A stretch of DNA of 63,790 nt, counting the filler, from Octopus bimaculoides (Eukaryota): NCBI RefSeq assembly GCF_001194135.2. It is 6 parts of 6 records of this genome, joined end to end, with 100 filler letters (N's around TTAATTAATTAA, not from the genome) between each part and the next. Parts side by side here need not be neighbours in the genome. Positions count along the whole stretch, not along the records: positions 61,608 to 63,790 come from NW_026296295.1; 5 more parts are not named here. One strand, given 5' to 3'. Made by a program: the position numbers and the translations under genes. This document shows positions 63,276 through 63,790 of this stretch, piece after piece. Numbering within the stretch: the stretch's first letter is position 1; each line of letters starts with the position of its first letter. A model generated the notes under the pieces. It did not search any database. It was not told the origin of the DNA and saw nothing but the letters and a program-made list of their open reading frames with translations.

Positions 63276-63790
63276 CATATTTCCTATTTAGTACTAGAGA
63301 GGGGATGTTTCATTTATGAGGATGTACTCCTTTATTTTTCTGAGGGTTGGATCATTTGGTTGCTGGGATAAAATGCTGATGTCAAGTTGACCCAGGTTGC
63401 CTCCATATTGGTTCTTGGCATGATGGTAGAGTATGGAGGACTGTTTTTTGTCATCATATTGTCTCAAATATTCATTTAGTCTTTCTGCAATGCTTCAAGT
63501 TGTCTCCCCTATGTATGTCATGTTCATGTCTTTACAAGCACCGTCTATGCATCTTATGCAGTAGACTACATTTCTAGTTCTACAGTTAATGCCACGGCTA
63601 ATCCTACATACTATGCAGTTATCATTGCTGCATATGGTATTCTCAAAGGGGTACGTCCTACATAGTTGTGATCTGATGGAGTTTCAGGGCATTTCAACAA
63701 TCTTAATGTTGAGTTTGTTCTCCTTCAGAGCTTTCCTAACTGTACAGCCTAATTCTCCATGGGCTGTGGCCTCTACAAACATCACTCCTT

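Overview
AT-rich, microsatellite-dense, gapped eukaryotic scaffold. Its SINE families, LINE remnants and TTAGGG motif look like an octopus (coleoid cephalopod) genome; this is recognition from memory, not a database result. About one protein-coding gene is visible: a 951-bp minus-strand exon (58709-59659) encoding six hydrophobic segments with the layout of a gustatory-receptor-like / 7TM ion channel (GRL/7TMIC) protein. It ends at a phase-0 GT donor, and I could not confidently locate its TM7 exon(s). The rest is mobile DNA: L1/Tx1, RTE, CR1/Jockey-like, R4/Dong-like and HERO/NeSL-like LINE fragments, two Penelope-like remnants, mariner remnants, many tRNA-derived SINEs and a probable solo LTR. 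Less obvious structures are (i) two core-intact minimal type I hammerhead ribozymes on the + strand, one inside a 130-bp inverted-repeat cassette, plus a divergent pair of decayed copies; (ii) a 581-bp fold-back MITE with an 8-bp TSD and a head-to-head telomeric (CCCTAA)n/(TTAGGG)n palindrome at its centre, in the presumed first coding intron of the receptor gene; (iii) a perfect 19-bp fold-back at a LINE 5' truncation junction. Most ORFs in the supplied track are microsatellite or N-gap artefacts.
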